Below, one piece after another: positions 1 to 8,234 of a stretch of DNA of 24,000 nt. Made by a program: the position numbers and the translations under genes. The notes below the pieces were generated by a model. It was given only the letters and a program-made list of their open reading frames with translations, did not search any database and was not told where the DNA came from. The stretch lies in assembly GCF_014725735.1 (NCBI RefSeq), contig NZ_CP061368.1, forward strand, positions 363,225 to 387,224. Reading direction: 5' to 3'. The DNA is from Wenzhouxiangella sp. AB-CW3 (lineage in GTDB: Bacteria; Pseudomonadota; Gammaproteobacteria; Xanthomonadales; Wenzhouxiangellaceae). The first letter of the stretch is position 1, and every line of letters begins with the position of its first letter.

Positions 1-224
1 ATGAATCCTTGCGACTGGAGGGCGGAAAGCAGCTCTCGAATCTCCTCGACGGGCGCCGGATCAATATCAGGCAGGTCCAGCAACAGGGCGGCATCAGCCA
101 GCATTCCGGGCGCCTGCCGGCGGCGCTCCAGCAGCTCGGCGCAGATGGCCGGCGGGTCGAGGCGGTGAATGCGCAAGGCGAGCGCACCCAGTTGCACGAA
201 GCGCAGTTCTGCAGCTTGAGACAT
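1..224 (-). CDS. minC: Septum site-determining protein MinC, N-terminal fragment (gene continues beyond the left edge)
   Basis: Minus-strand ORF with ATG at 224-222 that runs off the left edge, so it has no stop in the window and is absent from the ORF track. My translation is MSQAAELRFVQLGALALRIHRLDPPAICAELLERRRQAPGMLADAALLLDLPDIDPAPVEEIRELLSALQSQGF... This follows the MinC N-terminal domain pattern as I recall it from E. coli (ELKGSSFTLSVVHL ... QAP.F...APVVL.L). The + ORF 9..299 is its antisense shadow. Confidence 0.55.
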   Translation of the reverse strand, partial: MSQAAELRFVQLGALALRIHRLDPPAICAELLERRRQAPGMLADAALLLDLPDIDPAPVEEIRELLSALQSQGF

Positions 225-401
225 GCGGGCTGGTCGATGACGAACGATACGTCATTATCGCATGGCCACCAAGGCTGGCCGACGCGACTTCTCGCCTGAG
301 TTCTTGCCGTTGGCTTGATGCCGGTCAACGTCCCGGCTGTCAGGGCATGTCACTCTGCAAGCAACGGATTGGGCGTTTCCATTCTCGAGGAGTGACTTGC
401 C

Positions 402-809
402 ATGTCTGGAAAATTGCTTCTGGCCGTAATATCGACGGCTTTCCTGATAGTGTTGACTTCATCTGTCCCAGTGCCGGTTGTTGCCTCCGAGCCGGAGACC
501 GACGAAGTGGTCGATCGGATTCGCGTGGTAGCTCCGCGCGTGACACGCAGTTCTCGTGGCTCCGGGCGCTACGTGGTCGAGACGGCAGAGCGTAGCGACT
601 ACGTGTATTACGGCGATCTGGATCTGACCCGCACCACTGACCTGTTCGAGTTGCAGGATCGCATTGGCGAAATGGCCACCGAAATCTGCGAGTTGCTGAC
701 CGAAATGTTTCCTCGCGGCTCTCCTTCGACGGCCACCTGCATTCAGCGGGCCATTGATGATGCCTCGCCACTGGTCGATGCGGCAGCGCGCGCGGCCATT
801 GGCAAATAG
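402..809 (+). CDS. UrcA-family secreted protein
   Basis: GAGGAG Shine-Dalgarno at 387-392, 9 nt before the ATG. Signal peptide LLLAVISTAFLIVLTSSVPVPVVASE. The core YVYYGDLDLTRTTDLFELQDRIGEMATEIC fits the UrcA-family signature (Y.DLDL...L..RI..AA..vC) recalled from memory. Confidence 0.7.
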   Translation: MSGKLLLAVISTAFLIVLTSSVPVPVVASEPETDEVVDRIRVVAPRVTRSSRGSGRYVVETAERSDYVYYGDLDLTRTTDLFELQDRIGEMATEICELLTEMFPRGSPSTATCIQRAIDDASPLVDAAARAAIGK

Positions 810-968
810 CATGTCGCCGGGGGTATGCTGGGCAGCGAATACGGATCGGGCTGGATCGCGGCCGGGCTTCCCGTAGAGGATTGCCAAGTCTGCTGACCTG
901 GGCCTTGAATTGATCTCGTGATCGGTCAAGAATGCCGGGATGCATCCATTCATTCCCGGAGAAACGCC

Positions 969-2288
969 GTGAACCGTTGTCTGTCTGTATCTTCCGCCGT
1001 GCTGTTGCTGCTGGCCGGGTCGTGGGCGCTGGAACTGCGTGCCGAGACTGCGGACTGGCATGACTGGATCGACGAGCAGAGCGAGGTGCTGTTTGATCGC
1101 GTCGTCGAATGGCGCCGGCATTTTCACGCCAATCCGGAATTGTCCAACCGTGAATTCGAGACAGCCGCCTACATCGAGGAATTCCTGCGCGATCTGGATC
1201 TGGAGGTGCAGACCGGCATAGCCCACACCGGTGTGGTTGGAGTTCTCGAAGGGGGGCGGCCGGGTCCGGTGGTGGGGCTGCGGGCCGACATGGATGCACT
1301 GCCGGTGCCTTCCCGCGCGGGCCTGCCGTTTTCGCCCGATGGCGTGACCGGCGAGTATCTCGGCGAAGAGGTGCCGGTATCGCATGCCTGTGGCCACGAC
1401 ACCCACATGGCCATGCTCATGGGCGTGGTCGAGATATTCGCTGCTCGCCGCGATGAGTTGCCCGGCACCATCAAGTTCATCTTCCAGCCGGCCGAGGAGG
1501 GCACCCCGCCGGGCGAGGACGGTGGTGCCGAGATGATGGTGGAAGAGGGCGTGCTTAGAGACCCCGATGTCGACGTGATTTTCGGCCAGCATATCTGGTC
1601 GCTGGCGCCGGTCGGTCAGATCGGCTATCGCCCCGGCGGCATCATGGCCGCTTCCGATCAGTTCACCATCACCATCCATGGCGAGCAGACCCATGGCTCA
1701 ACGCCCTGGACCGGTGTCGATCCGATCAGCGTGGCCGCCCAGGTCATCATCGGGCTGAACATGATCGTCAGCCGCCAGACCGAGTTGACCAAGGAGGCTG
1801 CCGTGATCTCTGTCGGTCGCATCCGATCGGGTGTGCGCAACAACATCATTCCCGAGTCGGCGGAACTCATCGGCACCATCCGCACGCTGGATACCGAGAT
1901 GCAGGACAAGATTCATGAAGACATCCGCCGCACCGTGGAACATATCGTCGCCAGCCAGGGCGCGACAGCGGATGTCGAGATCGAGCGCGGCTACCCGGTC
2001 ACCTACAACGACCCGGAGCTGACCGCGCGCATGGCGCCCAGCCTCGAGCGCGTTGGCGGTGATCAGGCCAAGGTTGTCGATGCCATCACCGGTGCCGAGG
2101 ATTTCTCGTTTTTCCAGCAGCAGGTGCCGGGGCTGTATTTCTTCGTCGGTGGCATGCCCCCCGATGCCGACCCGGAAGAAATGGCGCCTCATCACACGCC
2201 AGACTTTTACATCGACGAGGACGGCATGAAAACCGGCGTTCGGGCTCTGGCGACGCTGGCCATTGATTACATGCTCGGCGAACAATGA
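969..2288 (+). CDS. M20D-family amidohydrolase (N-acyl-amino-acid amidohydrolase / hippurate hydrolase type), secreted
   Basis: The longest ORF starts at GTG 918. I prefer GTG 969 because GGAGA (958-962) lies 6 nt upstream and it yields a clean signal peptide, (M)NRCLSVSSAVLLLLAGSWALELRA. Family motifs are present: HFHANPELSNREF, HACGHDTHMAMLMG, FIFQPAEEG. Confidence 0.85.
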   Translation: MNRCLSVSSAVLLLLAGSWALELRAETADWHDWIDEQSEVLFDRVVEWRRHFHANPELSNREFETAAYIEEFLRDLDLEVQTGIAHTGVVGVLEGGRPGPVVGLRADMDALPVPSRAGLPFSPDGVTGEYLGEEVPVSHACGHDTHMAMLMGVVEIFAARRDELPGTIKFIFQPAEEGTPPGEDGGAEMMVEEGVLRDPDVDVIFGQHIWSLAPVGQIGYRPGGIMAASDQFTITIHGEQTHGSTPWTGVDPISVAAQVIIGLNMIVSRQTELTKEAAVISVGRIRSGVRNNIIPESAELIGTIRTLDTEMQDKIHEDIRRTVEHIVASQGATADVEIERGYPVTYNDPELTARMAPSLERVGGDQAKVVDAITGAEDFSFFQQQVPGLYFFVGGMPPDADPEEMAPHHTPDFYIDEDGMKTGVRALATLAIDYMLGEQ

Positions 2289-2427
2289 GTTCTGCCAATA
2301 AACCTACTCCCACACTTCACAGCGCTCGGTCGGATGCCACCCGCTGCCCCTTAACATCCGACATGGACAGTCTCCCCCACCAGCCGTTATCCTCAAGCGC
2401 CCTTTCTTAAGCTGCGGAGCCAAGACC

Positions 2428-2637
2428 ATGTCCGACCACATCTATAAGCATATCGAACTGACCGGCTCATCCACCGAGAGCCTGGAGCAGGCCATCCGCA
2501 ATGCCATCAAGCGGGCCTCGAAGACGGTGCGCAACATGCGCTGGTTCGAGGTCATCGATACGCGTGGTCATATTACCGAAGGCGATGTCGAACACTGGCA
2601 GGTCACGATCAAGGTGGGTTTTACGCTCAATGAGTGA
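2428..2637 (+). CDS. Dodecin-family flavin-binding protein
   Basis: 69-aa [72 protein letters not shown]. Size and the pattern K.IE..GsS..S.e.Ai..Ai..A..Tv.n..WFEV...RG.i..g.v..wQV..KvGF are typical of bacterial dodecins. GGAG lies about 9 nt upstream. Confidence 0.8.
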   Translation: MSDHIYKHIELTGSSTESLEQAIRNAIKRASKTVRNMRWFEVIDTRGHITEGDVEHWQVTIKVGFTLNE

Positions 2638-2681
2638 TCGTGTGCTCTCGCGACTGATCGCCAGGGGGCGTTGACGCCTCC

Positions 2682-4565
2682 ATGTCTCTCATTTCCATTC
2701 GTGCCCTCGATTTCAGTATCGGCGGGCCGTTGCTGCTCGAAAAAGCCGAACTCGACGTTGGCACGGATGAGCGCATTGCCTTGGTGGGTCGCAATGGCGC
2801 GGGCAAGTCGACCCTGCTGAAACTGATGGCCGGCGATATTCATCCCGATGACGGGCAGATCGTCTACGGGCCGGGTGTTCGTGTTGCACGGTTGCAGCAG
2901 GAAGTGCCCGAGTCGGCCGGTGGCACGGTATTCGACCAGGTGATTGCCGGCGCTGGCGAGCTGGGTGAGTGGCTGGCCGAGTATCACCGTGTCAGTCAGG
3001 GTGAATTTGACCCGGAGACCCTGGCCGCGCTGCAATCCCGCATCGAGACGGCCGGTGGATGGGACCTGGATGCCCAGGTCGAGCGCGTGATCGACCACCT
3101 TGGCCTGGACGGTGAAGTGCCGTTTGACCAGCTCTCCGGCGGCATGAAGCGCCGTGTCCTGCTCGGCCAGGCGCTGGTGCGCCAGCCCGATGTCCTGCTG
3201 CTCGACGAACCGACCAACCACCTCGACATCGAGGCCATCGAGTGGCTGGAAGACATGCTCCGGAGTTTTGCCGGCACGTTGGTCTTCGTGACTCACGATC
3301 GCCGCTTCCTGCGCTCGCTGGCCACGCGCATCGTCGAAATCGACCGTGGTCAGGTGACGTCCTGGCCGGGCGACTGGGACAATTACCTCAGACGAGTCGA
3401 GGAGCGCGCCCATGCCGAGGCGCTGGAGAACCAGCGCTTCGACAAGCGCCTGGCCGAGGAGGAGGTCTGGATTCGCCAGGGCATCAAGGCCAGGCGCACC
3501 CGCAACGAGGGCCGCGTGCGTGCCCTCAAGGCCATGCGTGCCGAACGCGCGCAACGGCGCGAACGTCAGGGTAATGTGCGCATGGAAGCCGCCAGTGCGG
3601 GTCAGTCGGGTCGCAAGGTGATTCAGGCCAAGAACATCTCGTTTGCCTGGGATGGCCGGGCCATGGTCAGGGACTTCTCGACCACCATTTTCCGCGGGGA
3701 CCGCATTGGGCTGATCGGCCCGAATGGAAGTGGCAAATCCACGCTGCTCAAACTTATGCTCGGCCAGCTTCAACCGGATCAAGGCGAGGTCCGGCTGGGG
3801 ACCGGGCTGGAAATTGCATATTTCGACCAGCACCGTTCGGTGCTGCGCGAGGACTGGAACGCGGCCGAGAATGTTGCCGAAGGCCGGGAGTTCATCGAAC
3901 TCAACGGGCGCAGAAAACATGTCATCGGCTACCTGCAGGATTTCCTGTTTACCCCCGAAAGGGCGCGCGCGCCGATCACTCGTCTGTCGGGTGGTGAGCG
4001 CAACCGGCTGCTGCTGGCCCGGTTGTTTGCCCGCCCCTCCAACCTGCTCATCATGGACGAGCCCACCAACGATCTCGACGTCGAGACCCTTGAGCTGCTC
4101 GAGGACGTATTGGCCGACTACACCGGTACCCTGCTGCTGGTCAGCCACGACCGCGATTTTCTCGACAACGTCATCACCGCCAGCCTGGTGATGGAGGGTG
4201 ACGGCCAGATCGGCGAATACGTCGGCGGCTACAGCGACTGGCTGCGCCAGCGTCCCCGGAATGATGCGGATGAACCGGTCAAGCCCGAGTCACAGCCGGA
4301 TCCCCGGCCCGCGCCAAGAACCAACAGGGCAAACAAGCCGGCCAAGCTCAGCTACAAACTGGCCCGCGAGCTCGAGCAGTTGCCCGGCGAGGTCGAGGCG
4401 TTGGAAGTACGCATGGCCGAGCTGACCGAGCGCATGAACGACCCGGATTTTTTTCGTCAGGATGCCGAGGCCATCACCCGCCTGACCGGCGAGGTCGAAT
4501 CGCTGCAGGCTGAGCTGGACCGGGCCTATGAGCGCTGGGAAGAGCTCGAATCCCGGCAAGCCTGA
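2682..4565 (+). CDS. uup: ABC-F family ATPase Uup
   Basis: Two ABC cassettes (Walker A GRNGAGKST and GPNGSGKST; signatures LSGGMKRR and LSGGERNR) with no TM domain. A charged inter-domain linker and a C-terminal coiled coil (LEQLPGEVEALEVRMAELTERM...) are present. Length and layout are typical of Uup. Confidence 0.9.
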   Translation: MSLISIRALDFSIGGPLLLEKAELDVGTDERIALVGRNGAGKSTLLKLMAGDIHPDDGQIVYGPGVRVARLQQEVPESAGGTVFDQVIAGAGELGEWLAEYHRVSQGEFDPETLAALQSRIETAGGWDLDAQVERVIDHLGLDGEVPFDQLSGGMKRRVLLGQALVRQPDVLLLDEPTNHLDIEAIEWLEDMLRSFAGTLVFVTHDRRFLRSLATRIVEIDRGQVTSWPGDWDNYLRRVEERAHAEALENQRFDKRLAEEEVWIRQGIKARRTRNEGRVRALKAMRAERAQRRERQGNVRMEAASAGQSGRKVIQAKNISFAWDGRAMVRDFSTTIFRGDRIGLIGPNGSGKSTLLKLMLGQLQPDQGEVRLGTGLEIAYFDQHRSVLREDWNAAENVAEGREFIELNGRRKHVIGYLQDFLFTPERARAPITRLSGGERNRLLLARLFARPSNLLIMDEPTNDLDVETLELLEDVLADYTGTLLLVSHDRDFLDNVITASLVMEGDGQIGEYVGGYSDWLRQRPRNDADEPVKPESQPDPRPAPRTNRANKPAKLSYKLARELEQLPGEVEALEVRMAELTERMNDPDFFRQDAEAITRLTGEVESLQAELDRAYERWEELESRQA

Positions 4566-4640
4566 GGCCGTCCCGTATCTACGGTCAGACCATCACCGTG
4601 TAGAGTGGAGGTTGGTGCAAACACACATTGGAGGTCGAGA

Positions 4641-4829
4641 ATGATGCAACGTGCAATGCTTTGTGTTGCGCTGCTCGCGCTGCTTGGCGCCTGCGGAGAC
4701 TCCGGCGACGCCGAGGAACGCTACTTCGAGCATTACGAGGAATCGATTGATCGGGCCGAGGAAGTGCGCGACGAACTGCAGGAAGTCGAAGAACGCCGTC
4801 GCCGCCAGCTCGAGGAAAACGACTCCTGA
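4641..4829 (+). CDS. Small acidic lipoprotein (hypothetical)
   Basis: GGAGG at 4630-4634, 6 nt before ATG 4641 (the track ORF begins earlier, at GTG 4605). Lipobox LLGAC follows a hydrophobic leader (MMQRAMLCVALLALLGAC). The remainder is highly charged. Confidence 0.6.
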   Translation: MMQRAMLCVALLALLGACGDSGDAEERYFEHYEESIDRAEEVRDELQEVEERRRRQLEENDS

Positions 4830-4845
4830 AATTCAGTTCTTAGGT

Positions 4846-5904
4846 TCAGTTCTCACCTTGCCATTCGAGCACGGTCTTGACGACCGGCTCGATGGCAGGT
4901 GGCTCGCCTTCGGTGAGTGGCATCGGCACCAGCAGGCCGCGATGCGAAGCATCGAGGACCAGCGGCTCGGGCTGGTCGGGCAGGGCGAGTGATTCGACCG
5001 GCACCACGCCGTCGCCCAGCCCGGCACCGATATCATCCCAGCGCTCCAGCAACTCTTCGACAACTCCCTCGCGGCCGAATTGTTCGACCAAGGCGGACAC
5101 GCTTTCGGTCATGGCGGGGGTGGGCTCGGCCAGCACTCCGCCAATGATCTTCATCTCCACCCAATCCGGCCAGTCGCGCTCGTTGAGTTCGCCCAGGAAG
5201 CGGCTGTCGGGACGAAGATCGATTTTGGCCGCACCGGTGCCGTCGCGCAGGGCGGCGAAAAGTGAAAAGCGCCGCTCGCGGATGTCGCTGATCCATTCCC
5301 TCAGTTCCAGCCAGGCGCGCAGTCGCGCCCATTCCGAGCCCTGGTTGGGGGTGCCTACCAGGATGACGCCCGCCACCGCAGGCCCATCGACCCGGGCATC
5401 GGCATCGGCCGGATGGCGCCAGCGGGTGATGAAATCCCGGATCACCAGTCCGCCCATGCTGTGGCCGATAAGAATCAGTTCGTGGTCGCTGTCCAGTTCC
5501 GGCCAGTGCTCGGCCAGCAGGTCGGTGCTGTGGTCGATGGCCTGGTCGTTGGGATAACGGAATTCCCATGCGTTGATGCCGGCCTCGTCGAATGCGTTGG
5601 CCAGTTCATCCCAGATGCCGCCAGGTTCGTCGAGCCCGTGTAGCAGCAGCACGTCGGGTGGCCGCGAGTCGTCATGGCGTTGCGAGCGCGGGATGAATCC
5701 AAAGAGCTCGTCGGGCAGTGCCATTTGCTCCGGAAACCAATCGTGCAACTGTTCCTGCACCTGCAGCCGCAATTCGCGCTCTTGTTCCGGATGATGTTCA
5801 GTCCACCACAGCCACTTGGCTATTCCGCCCAGTATGGCAACGGCCACGACCAGGCCGATTGTCCTGCGCCATGGAAAACCTGACCTGCCTTTCCGGGTTG
5901 ACAT
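4846..5904 (-). CDS. Membrane-anchored alpha/beta-fold hydrolase (lipase/esterase-like)
   Basis: Nucleophile elbow GHSMGG. LLLHGLDEPGGIWDEL resembles an oxyanion-hole region. One N-terminal TM helix (IGLVVAVAILGGIAKWLWW). The longest ORF starts at GTG 5928. ATG 5904 (MSTRKG...) is preceded by GGAGG. Confidence 0.8.
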   Translation of the reverse strand: MSTRKGRSGFPWRRTIGLVVAVAILGGIAKWLWWTEHHPEQERELRLQVQEQLHDWFPEQMALPDELFGFIPRSQRHDDSRPPDVLLLHGLDEPGGIWDELANAFDEAGINAWEFRYPNDQAIDHSTDLLAEHWPELDSDHELILIGHSMGGLVIRDFITRWRHPADADARVDGPAVAGVILVGTPNQGSEWARLRAWLELREWISDIRERRFSLFAALRDGTGAAKIDLRPDSRFLGELNERDWPDWVEMKIIGGVLAEPTPAMTESVSALVEQFGREGVVEELLERWDDIGAGLGDGVVPVESLALPDQPEPLVLDASHRGLLVPMPLTEGEPPAIEPVVKTVLEWQGEN

Positions 5905-6051
5905 GCGTGGATGGCCTCCGTATCCCACCTGTAGATCACGATATCACGCGAGAGTTTCTGAGCCATCGTCCGAATGGTGAAGAATGGCTGCGTGGTTACT
6001 GCACTTGGTGGCAGAATCAGTCCAGATCACTCCAGAAACAGGTGCTGCGCC

Positions 6052-7089
6052 ATGCCGATTCGATTCGATCGAAACAAACTCCGGGAAACCCGGCAGACTT
6101 CCTGGCTGATGCTGGACCTGTTCATGGTCGTACTGGTCAGCATCAACCTGGTTTTCATCGTCTTCGACACGCTCTATGGCACCGTGGCCATGCAGCAGTT
6201 GCTCGAAGGCTTCTCGCCCGCATTCAACGCGTTTTACGACGAGCGGGTGCATCAGCATTTTCTCTACTACGACCTGATATTCGTCGCCATCTTTCTGGCC
6301 GAATTCTGCTTTCAGTGGGTGATGTCAGTACGCAAGCGCATTTATCCGCGCTGGTATTTCTACCCTTTCATGCGCTGGTACGACCTGGTCGGTTGCATCC
6401 CCATCGGTTCGCTGAGAATGCTGCGGCTGTTACGGATCGTCTCGCTACTTGTGCGACTGCAGAAGATGGGCGTGATCGACATGACCGAGACGCGCATCTA
6501 TCGCTTCTTCGAGTTCTACTTCAATGCCTTTATCGACGAGGTTTCCGACCGGGTCATGATCCGCACTCTCGACGACGTCAGGCGCGAAGTCGAGGATGAA
6601 ACGCCGATTACCCGCAAGGTGATCACCGAGGTTATCGCCCCGCAGCGCGAGTTGCTGGTCGAGCACCTGTCGCGTCGAATCGGCCTGATCGCGCAGAACA
6701 GCTACCAGCAGCACCAGGACACGATACGGGAGTACGTCGACTCGGTTATTGGCGACGCGGTGCGCGCCAATGCCGGGATTCGCAATCTCGAGCGCGTACC
6801 CATGCTCGGGCGTGCCGTGGTCGGCCAGCTTCAGCAGTCGATCAACGACATCGTTTACGAGGTCTTCGACCGCACTGTTCGCGATGTCAGTGCCGCCGAG
6901 AACAACCGCCTGGTCGACGAAAGTGTCTCGGTCATCATCGATGCCATCCTCGACGACCACCCCGAGCTTGGCGATATCGGCACGAAGATGACAGTGGAGG
7001 CTATCGAGCTGATCAAGGAGCGCGTTCGTGTCCAGCACTGGAAGGATCAGTTGCGACGTCGACATGAGCGGGCGGAGGCCATGCCCTGA
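6052..7089 (+). CDS. Voltage-sensor-like (S1-S4) membrane protein with a soluble C-terminal domain and no pore module
   Basis: ATG 6052 lies in frame within track ORF 5974..7089. There are four hydrophobic helices. The fourth is an S4-type arginine ladder, [19 protein letters not shown]2 carries an acidic residue (FLAEFCF) and S3 carries WYDLVGCIP. The about 200 residues after S4 are hydrophilic, with no further TM segment or selectivity-filter motif. Confidence 0.75.
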   Translation: MPIRFDRNKLRETRQTSWLMLDLFMVVLVSINLVFIVFDTLYGTVAMQQLLEGFSPAFNAFYDERVHQHFLYYDLIFVAIFLAEFCFQWVMSVRKRIYPRWYFYPFMRWYDLVGCIPIGSLRMLRLLRIVSLLVRLQKMGVIDMTETRIYRFFEFYFNAFIDEVSDRVMIRTLDDVRREVEDETPITRKVITEVIAPQRELLVEHLSRRIGLIAQNSYQQHQDTIREYVDSVIGDAVRANAGIRNLERVPMLGRAVVGQLQQSINDIVYEVFDRTVRDVSAAENNRLVDESVSVIIDAILDDHPELGDIGTKMTVEAIELIKERVRVQHWKDQLRRRHERAEAMP

Positions 7090-7178
7090 TTGAAGCCCTG
7101 AATGCGATCTACATTCGTGCCGGGTTAATATCATGCAACTGCATTCGTAGATATCACACCCAAAAGAGGACCACTGGC

Positions 7179-8018
7179 ATGGCCAATCGTCGAGACCTGG
7201 AAGCAGGCATCGAAACCGACCTGAAAGACCGTCTGACCTACTCGGGCTACCTCGGGCTGGAACGCCTGCTCTCGGCCCAGCAGCCGCTGTCGAACCCGGC
7301 GCACCATGACGAGATGCTGTTCATCGTCCAGCACCAGACCTCGGAGTTGTGGATGAAGCTGCTGTTGCACGAGCTGGGTGCGGCAGTGAACCATGTTCGC
7401 TCCGACGAGCTTGAGCCCTGTTTCAAGATCCTTGCCCGCGTCAAGCAGATCCAGCGCCAGTTGTTCGAGCAATGGGCGGTACTGGAAACGCTCACGCCCT
7501 CGGAGTATGCCGAGTTTCGCGGCGTGCTCGGTGGAGCCTCGGGTTTTCAGTCGCCACAGTATCGGGCGCTGGAGTTTCTGCTGGGTAACAAGAATGCCGA
7601 CATGCTCAAGGTCTTCGACCACGAGCCTTCAGTTCATGCCTGGCTGAAGAACTATCTCGACCAGCCCAGCCTTTACGACGAGTTCCTGCGCTACCTTTCC
7701 CGTCGCGGTCTGCCGGTGCCTGCCGACAAGGTTGAACGCGACTGGGCTGAACCCTACGAGTCCGATCCGGGTGTCACCGAGGTGTTTCGCCAGGTCTACA
7801 CCGATCGCGAGGCGCACTGGGATGCCTACGAGATGGCCGAGAAGCTGATCGATATCGAGGAGGGCTTTCATCTCTGGCGCTTCCGCCACATGAAAACCGT
7901 CGAGCGCGTCATCGGCCACAAGCGCGGAACCGGCGGATCGTCCGGGGTGAGTTTTCTCAAGCGCGCGCTCGAATTGCAGTTCTTCCCGGAATTGATTGAC
8001 GTTCGCACAGAAATCTGA
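7179..8018 (+). CDS. kynA: Tryptophan 2,3-dioxygenase
   Basis: AAGAGGA lies 8 nt upstream. Motifs are typical of bacterial TDO: [65 protein letters not shown]...GTGGSSG. Confidence 0.92.
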   Translation: MANRRDLEAGIETDLKDRLTYSGYLGLERLLSAQQPLSNPAHHDEMLFIVQHQTSELWMKLLLHELGAAVNHVRSDELEPCFKILARVKQIQRQLFEQWAVLETLTPSEYAEFRGVLGGASGFQSPQYRALEFLLGNKNADMLKVFDHEPSVHAWLKNYLDQPSLYDEFLRYLSRRGLPVPADKVERDWAEPYESDPGVTEVFRQVYTDREAHWDAYEMAEKLIDIEEGFHLWRFRHMKTVERVIGHKRGTGGSSGVSFLKRALELQFFPELIDVRTEI

Positions 8019-8025
8019 TCACCTG

Positions 8026-8146
8026 TCGTCCCGGAATCGCCGCAGGCGATGTCCGGGACCCCGCACGCATTGGTTCTGTTTGGAGCTGTGCCATGGGCTA
8101 CCGTGCGAGGCCCCGGATATTGCCTGCGGCAATTCCGGGGCGACGG
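8026..8146. repeat. REP/BIME-like pair of inverted palindromic units between the convergent genes kynA and kmo
   Basis: Unit 1 (about 8026-8067) and unit 2 (about 8103-8146) are imperfect reverse complements of each other, roughly 85% by eye. Each contains its own 26-nt hairpin: CCGGAATCGCC-GCA-GGCGATGTCCGG (8031-8056) and CCGGATATTGCC-TGC-GGCAATTCCGG (8113-8138). Confidence 0.8.
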
Positions 8147-8199
8147 CACTTGTATTGTCCCTGCTCCCCGATCCCGTTAACCGTCTCTAGTCTCCTCGT

Positions 8200-8234
8200 T
8201 TACCTTCACCTTTCACCTTTCACCTTTCACTTAT
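8200..8234. repeat. Heptamer tandem array, + strand CACCTTT (mRNA sense AAAGGTG), 3 perfect plus degenerate flanking units
   Basis: Perfect units start at 8207, 8214 and 8221, with degenerate units at 8200 and 8228. The kmo stop codon (TGA, 8222-8220) lies inside the array. Confidence 0.9.

Noticed and set aside
340-1694. Long minus-strand ORFs 340..1299 (319 aa) and 459..1694 (411 aa)
   Set aside because: They lie antisense to the UrcA-like and M20D genes, which have clear family motifs. Their products are Arg/Pro/Ala-rich, low-complexity strings typical of shadow ORFs in high-GC DNA.
2568-4148. 526-aa minus-strand ORF opposite uup
   Set aside because: It is antisense to a gene with two complete ABC cassettes. 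It has no recognisable motifs and shows the usual GC3-driven open antisense frame.
4832-4853. 9-bp direct repeat TTCAGTTCT x2 in the 16-bp gap between the convergent lipoprotein and hydrolase genes
   Set aside because: It is very short and overlaps the hydrolase stop codon. It forms no hairpin or terminator, so it is probably coincidental.
7107-7156. Repeated CATTCGT and partial ATCTAC/GTAGAT dyad upstream of kynA as a regulator operator
   Set aside because: The repeats are only 6-7 nt, the dyad does not extend, and no regulator gene is present in the window to support it.
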